Assembly: GCA_050084985.1 (NCBI GenBank)
Contig: JBITNC010000001.1
Span: forward strand, 130,262,001-130,326,000
Length of the DNA stretch: 64,000 bases
Direction: 5' to 3'
Source of the DNA: Nageia nagi
Lineage: Eukaryota; Plantae; Pinophyta
Below the pieces are notes generated by a model. That model did no database searches. It was not told the origin of the DNA and saw only the letters and a list, made by a program, of their open reading frames with translations. This document shows positions 1-11,100 of the stretch, piece by piece. The stretch's first letter is position 1; each line of letters opens with the position of its first letter. The position numbers and the translations under genes were made by a program.

Positions 1-336
1 TTTTGACATTATTTTGGCTTCCAAGATAGAATTTGGGATTTCTTTTCACTTGGGCTTTTGATTTGTTTTGTCTATACCACCAAGTAGGATTTTGTGTGCA
101 CCCTTATTAGTTATAAATATTTGTAGGTTACAATTTAAACTCTATAGCATTCAAAATGATAAAAGTATGTATCTAGTATTTTGGGTAAAGTCATGCATGC
201 ATTATTTAAATTCATTATTGTAAAAAGGATTACGGTATTAGTTGTTATACCCTTAATGAAAATATACTATTATTTGAGAATAAATAGCATGCATGAAAAG
301 TTTACTATTCATTTTGCATAAAAATATGTATGTTTC

Positions 337-653
337 TGTTGGAATTATATCCTACATATCCCTAAGTCCTAAGTTAATAGATTAATTAATTAGGATTAAG
401 AGTATTTTCCCTAAAGTATTTCCCTAAAGTCTAAAGTGTAGGATTAAATATTTAGGGTATATTCCTTGTGATTTGTTGTTATAACAAATTTGTCATGTAG
501 TGATCTAAGGGTGATACGTATAGTGTGAAGTTAGAGTTTTATTATGGGTTGAGAATATTATCCTCAACTTCTTATTTTGTCTTGTAATGGCTTTCTTAAG
601 CCTATATATGTAACTCATTTTGATGAGTAATATAGAACATTATAGTTCTCTCA
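337..653 (+). repeat. 5' LTR (317 bp) of the young element
   Basis: TGTTGG…CTCTCA; 4 substitutions relative to 4266-4582. Confidence 0.97.
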
Positions 654-655
654 AT

Positions 656-667
656 TGGTATCAGAGC
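656..667 (+). other. Primer binding site (tRNA-iMet)
   Basis: TGGTATCAGAGC 2 nt after the LTR end; canonical plant tRNA-iMet PBS. Confidence 0.95.
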
Positions 668-849
668 TGAATCAATCATAGGGTTAGAGTGGGTGAAGTC
701 TTGAAGGATCTTATCAAGCTCCTCAAGGACTTTCATCAAGTTATTGAGCTTGTAAATGCATTGCAAAGAATTTATAAAATTCTTGCAAGTGTGAGATCCA
801 AAGCCTATGGAGAAAAAATAGTTGCATGAGGTTTGAAGGAAACCCACGC

Positions 850-1920
850 ACAGCAGAAAAGAGGAGACGTGCATCCAGGTTTGATCAACAGTGAGATCAA
901 GTTCTATGGAGGAGAGGGAGATGAGAAATCTCCATTGAAGATCGCCAGACCTGCAAAGAGCTGATACGTGAGAGAGGAGTTGCACGCTAACAAATGACTT
1001 GATCTGTCACACAGAGGAGGAGACGTGAAGCTCGCACGGAGGTGGCTTGCACAGAGGAGACGAGGCTGGTCAGAAGCTTACATGGAGGAGGAAAGCCACT
1101 AATGTGCTTGGTGATCTGCAAGGAAGTACGTGGAGGAGAAAATAATTCATAGTCTGAAGCTGCTTGCACGGAGGAGAAAACTTTTCATGTGGAGGAGGAA
1201 AATGCTGACTGAGATCGCATGAAGCGAAGGTACGTGAAGGAGGTGGCTTGCATGGTATGGAAGAGCTTGTGTGGTTTGGAAGAGCTCATGGAGGAGGTCT
1301 GTAGCTCGCGTAGAGGTTTCATGTGCATGAAGGAGGTGGCCTGCATAGTAGAGGAGATCGCATGAAGTACATCGTCTAAAGCTCATGCGATGGAGGACAT
1401 GCATGAAGCTCTCGTGTAAGGAGGACATGCATTGTACGTTGGGAAACATGAATTGATCTGGTTGGAAGACTTCTGTTATGGTGAAATAGTGCCAATACCT
1501 ATTAAGGAAAGCTAAGTAATTGGTAACCTGATTCATGCGTTTGATGGCCCAGGAGATGTTAAAAAAAAATGAATTGATCTGGTGACGTTCACGTGCGGGT
1601 CTTAATGAGATTGCTGGGTGATGAGACCAATCACACCCACTATCAGTATTTTGAAGGCACCCAGAAGTAGTTGTGCTGAAGTTGATAAAAAAAGTACATG
1701 CCTTTCCTATTGAAGATGAACTAGAGAAAGAAATCGAAGAGGTACGAACTGATCCAGAGGAGGAGACCTGCGCGAAGGAGAACGCTACGTGGAGGAGGAA
1801 CACTATGTGGAGGTGCATTGTTGGAGGAGTCTCTGAAGGAGATGTACATTGGAATACTCATGCGAAGGAGATGTGAAAGAGGCATGAGTCTGCTACAAAA
1901 AGAGCCTAACGTGGAGATGC
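850..1920 (+). repeat. Degenerate short-unit repeat array in the leader (CATGGAGGAG / ACGTGGAGGAG-like)
   Basis: Many variants of (tg)catg/acgtg followed by gaggag, e.g. at 861, 1015, 1081, 1127, 1167, 1186, 1286, 1787. Confidence 0.7.
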
Positions 1921-2208
1921 TGAATACATGTGGTTTGAATTATATAGCACTCTGCTGTAGTGCAAACAGGTTGTGCTCTAATTAAAAAAACATGCATGCA
2001 TAGGAGATATACCTGAGTGAATCTGTCCAGCATACATAGCAGTAGAGGAAAGTGGAAGCTCTTAAACTGAGGCATATGAAAGAGAAGCTAACAAAGGTGC
2101 AGACATTATTCCATAAAGGAATAGTATTTGAGATGTATTTTTTTTTAATGATGTGTGTGATGTGGATTTATTGAAATCCCCATATATAAAAAAAAAAAAA
2201 GGAAGAAG

Positions 2209-3066
2209 ATGATCACCATGTATGAAAACTTGGAGGTGCCCAAGTTTGATGGACAAAATTATGCTTGGTGGAGCATAATAATGAAGACCTTGCTCAAGGC
2301 TAAGGACCTTTGGAGCATTATAGAAGATGGGTATGATGAACCTCCATCTTGGAAGTCTCTTGAAGGAGAGGAGAAAAGAGAGAAGAAAGAGAAGCAATAT
2401 GAAAATTGCTTAGCTCTTATGGATATTAGGAGAGGAATGAAACCAAATGTTTTACCTCTCATTGCAAAATGTAAAACAGCCCAAATTGCTTGGAAAGCAT
2501 TAGAATATGCTTATGGATGTGAGGAGGACTCCCATAAAGCCATAGATGACAATCATGGAGATTGTGTAAGCAAGGAGGAGCCTTCATTAGATTGGCCTTG
2601 TGATGATCCATGTCTTATGGAGGAGACATTTGAAGAGTGTTCATTGAAGACACCATTTCAGCCATATGATGATGAATGCTTCATGGAAGAGGCATATTGT
2701 GAACCCATTCTTATGATGGAGAATGAGGAGGAGCCAACCACACATTATTGGCAAGATTTCTTTTTTGATAAAGAACAAGATGAAAACTACTCACATGGAG
2801 TAGATGAAACTCACTCACATGGAGTGAATGAAGACAAGGCTCAAATCATATGTGATGATGATTCCGTTGCTCAAATTGATGGTGAAGACACCCAATGTGA
2901 AGATCATCAAGAAGAAACTCTCATGGAGGAGAGTGTATGTGAGAATCTTCTTCTTGTTGAGAAGAGAGGAAAAGATGAGGAATGCTTCATGGAGGAGACA
3001 CATGATGATTGTCTTATGAAAATAATATGGGATGATGATCTTAGAGAGGTCATTGATGAAGAATAA
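2209..3066 (+). CDS. gag: Copia Gag N-terminal part (DUF4219 and start of Retrotran_gag_2-like region) fused to an acidic Cys-containing repeat region
   Basis: VPKFDGQNYAWWSIIMKTLLKAKDLWSIIEDGY…ALMDIRRGM…IAKCKTAQIAWKALEYAY is typical Copia Gag. It is followed by CLMEE/CFMEE/TLMEE repeats. Confidence 0.85.
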   Translation: MITMYENLEVPKFDGQNYAWWSIIMKTLLKAKDLWSIIEDGYDEPPSWKSLEGEEKREKKEKQYENCLALMDIRRGMKPNVLPLIAKCKTAQIAWKALEYAYGCEEDSHKAIDDNHGDCVSKEEPSLDWPCDDPCLMEETFEECSLKTPFQPYDDECFMEEAYCEPILMMENEEEPTTHYWQDFFFDKEQDENYSHGVDETHSHGVNEDKAQIICDDDSVAQIDGEDTQCEDHQEETLMEESVCENLLLVEKRGKDEECFMEETHDDCLMKIIWDDDLREVIDEE

Positions 3067-4227
3067 ATGGAGGCTATAAACTCCATGTTCATGCAAGAAG
3101 ATCACTCACCAAGAGTGAATGATAAAGTATATCTCAAGGAGGAGAGAAAGAATAGTGAGATAGTACTTTGTGAAGAAGAAAAAGAAGAAAATGAAGATGA
3201 CTATCTCAAGGGGGAGATAGAAGATAATGAGATAGCCATTGATGGACTTCATGGTGAAATGGAGGCATCAAAAGATCTTGAGAGTTGTCTTATAAAGGAA
3301 ACAATATGCAAAGAGGAATCATGGGAATTCCTTATCAATGAAGAAATGATTGCTTTAAAAGCAACATCAAAGGAAAGATTAATGTGGATATCTACTCACC
3401 AAAACATCATTAGAGGAAATGATTTCTTATTTTTTGGCTTATTTGCTAATGCTACTAATGAATGTTTGCTGATTAGATGTGTGAAGGATAGCTTGAAGGC
3501 TATGGAGAATGGAGGAGAATGTCTTATCAAGGCATTGCTTGAGGATTGCATCATAGAGACAACATTGAAGAGTCTTCTTTGGGAGAAGACATTGATGACA
3601 AACTTGGGTCATGTGGATCCAAATAATGATTGTAAAATCTTAGTAAGGTGTGATTTTTTGAGTGAAACTTTGTGTGAGGAGCAACTCAAAGTTGCATATG
3701 TAATTAGCCAATGTGTGGCTTTCTATTGTCTCAAAGTGTGTGTAGACATTTGTGAGAGAGTAGTGTGGTATAATGATTATTGTGAAATGATGAGAACATA
3801 CTCATGTGGAGTATGCTATGATGTAATGAATGCAAGAGCAAATGACTACTTGCAAACATGGTTTAAACACCATATAAAAAATGAGAGAGAGATGAAAGAA
3901 TGGTTCAAACACCATTGTGAGAGAGATTGGTTCTTGAAAACCAATACTTATAGAATTGATGGAATGCCACTAAAAGCATGGTTTGAAGACCATCTAAGAG
4001 ATGAAAGAGAGTGGTTGATTAAGATCACATATGGAGAGACTTTTGTTGAAGGGGGAGCTACTCAACAAAAGGAGGCACTCAATGGAGAAGCAACATCAAC
4101 AATAGAGGAGATCCCACTTAGAGAGTGGAAGGAGTACCAACACTTATTTCTTGAAAATTTTGATTTTCTTTTGTATGATTGGAGGAAACGAAAAAGGTTA
4201 TGTTTCTTCCAACTTTGTAATGCTTAA
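3067..4227 (+). CDS. 386-aa in-frame continuation of the Gag fusion ORF; unknown function (acidic, Cys-rich, WFxxH repeats)
   Basis: Long open frame in AT-rich DNA, starting immediately after TAA (gaa TAA ATG gag) in the same frame and ending ~40 nt before the 3' LTR. Confidence 0.75.
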   Translation: MEAINSMFMQEDHSPRVNDKVYLKEERKNSEIVLCEEEKEENEDDYLKGEIEDNEIAIDGLHGEMEASKDLESCLIKETICKEESWEFLINEEMIALKATSKERLMWISTHQNIIRGNDFLFFGLFANATNECLLIRCVKDSLKAMENGGECLIKALLEDCIIETTLKSLLWEKTLMTNLGHVDPNNDCKILVRCDFLSETLCEEQLKVAYVISQCVAFYCLKVCVDICERVVWYNDYCEMMRTYSCGVCYDVMNARANDYLQTWFKHHIKNEREMKEWFKHHCERDWFLKTNTYRIDGMPLKAWFEDHLRDEREWLIKITYGETFVEGGATQQKEALNGEATSTIEEIPLREWKEYQHLFLENFDFLLYDWRKRKRLCFFQLCNA

Positions 4228-4254
4228 GAACTCTTGCATGAGTTACTTAGCATT

Positions 4255-4265
4255 AAAGGGGAGAA
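4255..4265 (+). other. Polypurine tract
   Basis: AAAGGGGAGAA directly before the 3' LTR. Confidence 0.9.
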
Positions 4266-4582
4266 TGTTGGAATTATATCCTACATATCTCTAAGTCCTA
4301 AGTTAATAGACTAATTAATTAGGATTAAGAGTATTTTCCCTAAAGTATTTCCCTAAAGTCTAAAGTCTAGGATTAAATATTTAGGGTATATTCCTTGTGA
4401 TTTGTTGTTATAACAAATTTGTCATGTAGTGATCTAAGGGTGATATGTATAGTGTGAAGTTAGAGTTTTATTATGGGTTGAGAATATTATCCTCAACTTC
4501 TTATTTTGTCTTGTAATGGCTTTCTTAAGCCTATATATGTAACTCATTTTGATGAGTAATATAGAACATTATAGTTCTCTCA
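4266..4582 (+). repeat. 3' LTR (317 bp) of the young element
   Basis: Near-identical to 337-653; followed by GTTTC TSD. Confidence 0.97.
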
Positions 4583-5966
4583 GTTTCATATTAAAGAATG
4601 AAGGGTCTATTTTACTGCATTGCATTTGAAAATTATGATTCTTCAATATGTTGTATTAGTAAATAAAAATTTCCCTTATCTAAAAATAGTAAAATAAGAA
4701 AACCTAAACCTAATTTATTGATCTTTGGTGTCAATTTTGGATCGAACATGAGGTTCCCTATAAGGTTGCTTCATAGAAAATAAGTAATAAAATAAAAACT
4801 TAGAGATAATAATAGTTGCAAAGGTTATTGTCAAATGTAATGTAATTATCAATAAATAAATTGTTATAGCATAATTGCATGCAAATTAGATTATTTGCTC
4901 AAGTTTATAATTATGTCTAACAATATGAGTAGTTGTAGGTTGAACATCAAACTCTACATACTAAGATTTATTCTCACACTTGTAATTTTAAATTGCAAGC
5001 TCTTATGTAGGATCCTGAGAACTTAGATGCAATTTAGAAGATATTTTGGTTTTGAAATCTTAATTTTTATAGCTCCTATTACTTCAGTTGTAAAATTAGA
5101 CATGGGAATGTTTAGTTTTAGTTTAATATAGCCTTGTGAATATGTCTTTATAGGGAGTTCATGTCAAATGTAAACATCTAGTATCATTTGATTGTAATTA
5201 CAACCATGGTAGTATAGTTTGGGGATTGTATATATATACCCCAATTTTGTAATAAGTTAACTTAAGGAGCATTTTGTTAGAAGGCTCTATAGATTTTATA
5301 TGTATGGTTCTCTTGATCTATGAATACAATTAGTCTATTTTCCTATTTTTTGATATTATACATATTATTTATATTCTAAACAATGTACTAAATTTGAAGG
5401 TACTTGTATGGATGATTACAGTAGGAAAACTATGTATATAAACTCTCAAGTTTCGGTTGAAGAAGATACTTTGCATAAATGTTATGGTTTGGAAACTATC
5501 AAGTTTCAATTAAATATGGTTACAATATAAGAGTTCTTTTGAATTACAAGAACTATTGATTATAAATTGATGATATGTCATAGTAGGTTATGGATATGAG
5601 TTCAATTATGTATTAAAATTGTGATATTTATGCCTTGACTCTAGTTATGAATTTATCCAAAATATAAGATTGTTGGTAGTCTTTATCATATACAGATGTA
5701 AAATTTATAAGAACAACTACATATATGTTGAAGTATAATTGTGATTACTTGTAGTTTGGGTCATAACTCATAAATGTAAATGTTTGCATGCAAGAGGCAT
5801 AATGTTAAACTATTGCTTTAAAGAAATACTAGAATCCTATATGGTTTAAACTCTTATGTTTACTTCAAGTTAAAGATAGGAACAATGTAACTAATGAAGG
5901 ATCTAAACTTGTAATCTTATTTTAAGATATTGGATCATTAGTGTTATCATTATAAAGGGTACTAAT

Positions 5967-6075
5967 TGTTAGAGTTTTCATGTGAAAATGACAACATAAC
6001 ATTTATTGTTAGAGTGATCATGTGAAAATGATAATAGAATATTTATTGTTGGAGTTATCATGTAAATTTAATGAA
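5967..6075 (+). repeat. ~40-bp tandem repeat x3 within the chromovirus LTR (also at ~26318-26425)
   Basis: TGTTAGAGT…CATGTGAAAATGA…ATTTAT repeated three times in both LTRs. Confidence 0.8.
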
Positions 6076-6498
6076 AGAAAAATATTTACACCAATAGATA
6101 TATATCTTGGTCAAACACTAAATCTTGGAATCAAACTCTTGCTACCCTATGGTATATGCATGATCTATGACCTCAATGCAATATATATTATATGGGTCCT
6201 ATTAAGTGGACTATAGTTGATTCTTATTAAGTGAAGGAAAATAGTAACATAGAAGGATTATGTCAATAGTTATGTACCATTGGTGGATCATAATCTTGAT
6301 TTAATATTTAAAAGATTTGATGATGGTAAATTAACCTTTCATCCAAGCCTCATTTTGACTGTAACATTGTCTTGAATGAAAAAATGAGCAAGTCCTAATA
6401 TATTATACATTGCATTATTTATACAAATTGATTAAAAAAATTATATGGGAACTAATCTATATTTAAGTTAGGATATTTGTTAAGTGTTATCAAACATT

Positions 6499-6508
6499 TG
6501 GTATCAGA
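6499..6508 (+). other. PBS (tRNA-iMet) of the chromovirus
   Basis: TGGTATCAGA after the LTR-terminal CA. Confidence 0.85.
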
Positions 6509-6599
6509 TCCCTTGTTTCTAATTTTCTAAATTATTTGAACTTTGGTAGTTAATGACTATTTGTCTCATAGAAGGAAAATGACTGAGATATGAATGAGT

Positions 6600-9500
6600 A
6601 AAGGAAGAAATAGGGATAGGAAAGAGATATAGATAGAGGAAGGAATAATGCTCCTAGACTCAATAGTTCTGAAACCACCTCTAAAATTCATCATTCTATT
6701 CATAGTCCTAGTAATGTATCATTTATGCAAACTTCTCAACAAAATGGGGAAATGATGATGGAGTAGATGAGAAATAAATTGTAAAAAAATCAACTCATCA
6801 CTCAAATCTTGAGTACACAAGAAAAAGTGGACCAAGGAATGTTAGATAATCCTTTAATGCAATAAAGGTAGTGAATTACCATTGAGTTGAATAAGGACAT
6901 GAGGCATTTTTAACTATCTAAATTCAATGGTAAAAACTCAAAAGAGGTCAAGGGTTAGTTAACTAAATTGGAATCTTATTTTATTATCAAAGGGTACAAT
7001 GATCATACTAAGTCCACTATTACAGTGCTCCATTTAACTAAAACTACTTTTAAATGGTGGACTACATATCTTTCCAATACATTAAAATTGCTTATAGATG
7101 TGGAATGGACATATTTTGTGAAACTTTTTAAGGAGAGATATTTGTCAAATCAATTTTATGCTGAGAAATAAAATGATTTTTTAAAATATATTAGAAAAAC
7201 TTGATAGTTGAGGCATATTATCAAAAATTCATCAAATGTTTGAAATACATGCTAAAATTTAAAAAGAATGATAAGCTAAATACTCACAAGTTCATCTTGG
7301 GATTGGAGACATGAATTAGAAATGCCATTAATCTGCATAATCTAGTCACAATACAAAGAGCCTACAATCTTGCAAAATAAGTAGAGATAAATTTAGTTTT
7401 CAAGAGGATTGCTTCAAAGCAATATCGAGCTAGTAAGGTAGAATAGAAAAATTGAGATAAAAAGAAAAATACTAATGAAACATGTTGTAACAATAACCAA
7501 AAGAGAAATAATAAACAAGGTTAAATATCTAATAATCAACAAGGTATGAAAGAAAAAAAAAAAGTTAGGAAAGTGAATTTGGAAGGGATGCAAAAAGAAA
7601 TAAGCCAAATGAACCAAAAATTGATCATAAGGATTTGAATAAACCAAATTATGCAAAGACTAGTTGCTTTCTATGTGGTGGTAAGCATTATAAGGCTCAA
7701 TGTCCCAACAAGGAAAGCTATAATGATGATAAAACTAATCCAAGGGATAACCATAGCATCTCTACATTCTCTAACAAGGCAATAGCAGTTAATCAAGCCT
7801 CTTTTAATATTCTTAAAGGTAATATTTATGACCAGTAAGTCTCAATTTTGATTAACTACAATGCAATAGAAAATTTTTTATCCTCTTATATTTTTGATAA
7901 ACTACCTTTAAAACTTGAAAAAATGCAAGAACCTTAGAATGTAGAATTTGCTTCAAATTAGATATGCAAAGTTGGTAAATTTTTACCTAATATTGACATA
8001 GTTTAGCTAATTTTCAATCAAAAATATATTGTCATATGGTACCTTTACCTTTCTATGAGGTAATATTGGGTATGAAATGGCTACAACAAGTAAAATACAA
8101 GGTGAATATACCTAAAAAAGTTGTTAAGGTTGTTATAAACATCATTGATAAAGTGGTACTACATAGTGTTAAGAAAGATTTTTGCATTCATCCTTTATCG
8201 GCTCTATAATTTTTCAAATTGGAAAAAAGAAAATATCAACTTTTTATTATAAGAGTGCATAATGATGAGGAAAATTAGGTACTTGAATCTTTTTTAGCAG
8301 TGTCCAATCCTTAACAAATTTGAGGATGTTTTTCAACTAGTGAACTTCTTGGCATGGTTCCAATGAGAGAATTCAATTTTTCTATTAATTTAAAACTAGA
8401 AGTTAAACCTATGTTAATGATGCCTTATCATATGACTACTTTAGAAATACAAGAACTAAAATTACAACTACAAGAACTCTTGGATAAGGAATAAATAAAC
8501 CAAGTGTGTTACCTTGGGGAGCTCCAATTTTGTTTGTTAAAAATAAATATGAGACTTTGCATTGACTATATATTGTTAAACAAATTAATTATCAAAAATC
8601 ATTACCCATTTCCAAGGATAGATGATTTATTTGATCAAATATAGGATGCATGTGATTTTTTTTAAGATTAATCTTAGGTTTAGGTACCATCAATTAAAGA
8701 TCAAAAATTAAGATACTTTTAATAAAGCTTTCAAAACTCGATATGGCCACTTAAATTTACTATTTTACCCTATGGTACTTTGACAAATGCTCCAACAATA
8801 TTTATTAACTTGATTAAAAATATTTTTAGGGAGTACTTGGATAAGTTTATTTTGCTCTTTATTGATGACATCTTGATATACCCTAGAAACCAAGAAGAGC
8901 ATGAAAAGTATTTAAGACTAATGCTAGAAATTATTAGGAAAAGCCAATTGTATACAAAGCTTTCAAAGTATGAGTTTTACACTTATCATTTTTAGTATCT
9001 TGGGCATACTATCTCTACTGAGTGTTTAACATTAGATTCAAAGATGATTGAATCAATTAATTAATGGTCAATCCCCTCTAATGTATCAAAAATCTAAAGC
9101 TTAATGGATCTTGCAAGTTATTATAGGAAGTTTGTAAAAGACTTCTCTAAAATAGCATATCCAATCACTCAAATTTAGAGGAAGGGTAAGAAATTTGTAT
9201 GAAATGAAAATTGTGAATCATCCTTTAATCTTATTAAACCAAAATTGCCTACAACGCCCATTCTCAAATTTCCTGATTCTCAAAAGGAATTCATAATTTG
9301 TACATATGCTAATATATAAAGCCTAAGAGGTGTTCTTATATAAGTAGTATTGGTTGTAGCCTATGAATCATAAAAGTTGAAAAACCATGAAAATAATTAC
9401 CCTACACATGATATTCAGTTAGCAACAATTGTGCATGCTCTCAAAATGTGGCATTTTTTACTTTTTAGGAAGGTCTTTATGTTTAAAAATTGATTACCAT

Positions 9501-11100
9501 AGTTTATAATATTTATTCACACAACCTACCTTGAATGCTAAAAAAAATCATTGGATGGAATTATTAGTAGAATATGACATGCAGATTGAGTACATCAAAG
9601 GAAAAGAAAAGTAAGGTTGTTAATACCTTAAGCAAAAAAAGAAATACCATAATAGTTGTGTCTAGTTATAAATCAGGTATAAAAGAGATATTTAACATGT
9701 ATCAGTGTAGATATACATTTTGAATTAACTAAAAAGAAATAATTCTATAGGGATTGTAAGAGGGTTTTTCTATCAAGAGTAATGGATTGTTATACTTTGA
9801 TAACAAAATAGTCATTCCTCTATAAGGCAACATAATAAAGAAAATAATGTATGAATATCATTTTACTCCTTTATTTGTGTATCTAGTTATTATAAAGATG
9901 AGAGAAAATATTAGAAAATAGTATTATTGGTTGGGTATGAAAAAAAAACATTATTGATTATGTAGCTGAATATTTAAAATAAAAAGAGGTAAAAATTGAA
10001 AGAATGATACATGTTGGAAATCTTCATCCTCTTGAGATTCCATATTAAACATGGCAATATATAAGAATGGATTTTATTATTGGGCTACCCAATATCAAAT
10101 TATATCATAAATCAAACTTTGAGATTGTTGATAGACTCACTAAGGTAGTTCATTTTATACCAAGTAATACAATTGATGATGTAGTTATGATTACTCATAA
10201 ATTCATGAAGAAGATATTTAGGTTGGATGATTTTATAGAAAATATTATTTCATATCAAAATAGTAAATTTACCTTAGAATTTTGGTAGGATTTATGCAAA
10301 TAAGTGGGTACTAAACAAAATTTTAGTTTAGCTTGTCATTATAAATTGTATGGGAAAATAGAGAGGGTAAATCAAATTCTTGAATTTATGATTCCTATTT
10401 ATTATATGAACACTCCCACTAAATGGGAATATTATCTTCATCTTGTAGATTTTTCTTATAATAATTCCTTTTAGAAATCCCTAGGTATGGTACCATCTAC
10501 AACATTGTATGGGTTAAGATGTAGAACACCCATCTCTTGGAACAACCTTGAAGATAAAATTTCCATTGAATTAAAAATATTGCATGAAATGGAGACAAAG
10601 CTTAAAGGTATACAACATAAGTTGAAAGGATCTTCATATACAAATAAGAGTCTTACAAACCTTAAAAGGAACCCTAGAGAGTTTCAAGAGGGTGATAAGG
10701 TATTCTTATGAGTCAAACCTAGGAAAAGTGTAATCAAATACTCTAAACTTGCAACTAGATTTGTTGGACCTTTCACCATCCTTAAATGAGTTAATCAAGT
10801 GGCTTACAAGTTGGATCTTCCTTCAAACCTATCAAAGATTCATAATGTTTTTCATGTGTCACTCTTAAAGATATATGTACTAGATCCTACCCATGTCTAT
10901 AATATAGATAAACTTCAAATGATAGATCCTCTTTTAGTAGAAGTTAAGATTATAAGATTTCTAGATTTTCATTCAAGGATGATTAGAAATCAAAAGATTA
11001 AAGAGTGAAAGATGTAATGGGATTATTATTATAAGAATTGTGTTAATTGGGAAGATGTTGATAACATAAAGCAACATTTTACTAAGATATTTTTCAATGA
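6600..11100 (+). pseudogene. gag-pol: Chromovirus gag-pol pseudogene (Gag, zinc knuckle, PR, RT, RNase H, integrase, chromodomain)
   Basis: TFKWW Gag (~7050); CFLCGGKHYKAQC (~7665); [30 protein letters not shown] (RT); NHENNYPTHD (RH); MDFIIGLP, AYKLDLP..IHNVFHVSLLK (INT); IRFLDFHSRMIRNQKIK…W…NWED (chromodomain-like, ~10930-11090). Many stops and frameshifts. Confidence 0.93.

Larger units (their letters stand above)
337..4582 (+). mobile_element. Young non-autonomous Copia-derived LTR retrotransposon (TR-GAG-like: gag fragment only, no pol)
   Basis: TG…CA LTRs at 337-653 and 4266-4582. 5-bp TSD GTTTC at 332-336 and 4583-4587. PBS and PPT intact. Copia Gag N-terminus present; no PR, INT, RT or RH motifs. 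Confidence 0.95.
1..6496 (+). repeat. 5' LTR of the chromovirus (partial), interrupted at 337-4587
   Basis: Sequence on either side of the insert (…aaaatatgtatgtttc|atattaaagaatgaaggg) is contiguous in the 3' LTR near 12400-12440. Ends …tcaaaCA at 6496, just before the PBS. Confidence 0.9.

Noticed and set aside
602-1818. Antisense ORFs (127, 60 and 223 aa) in the leader of the young element
   Set aside because: Low-complexity Leu/His/Ser-rich translations expected from the reverse strand of GAG/CATG repeats; no recognisable domain.
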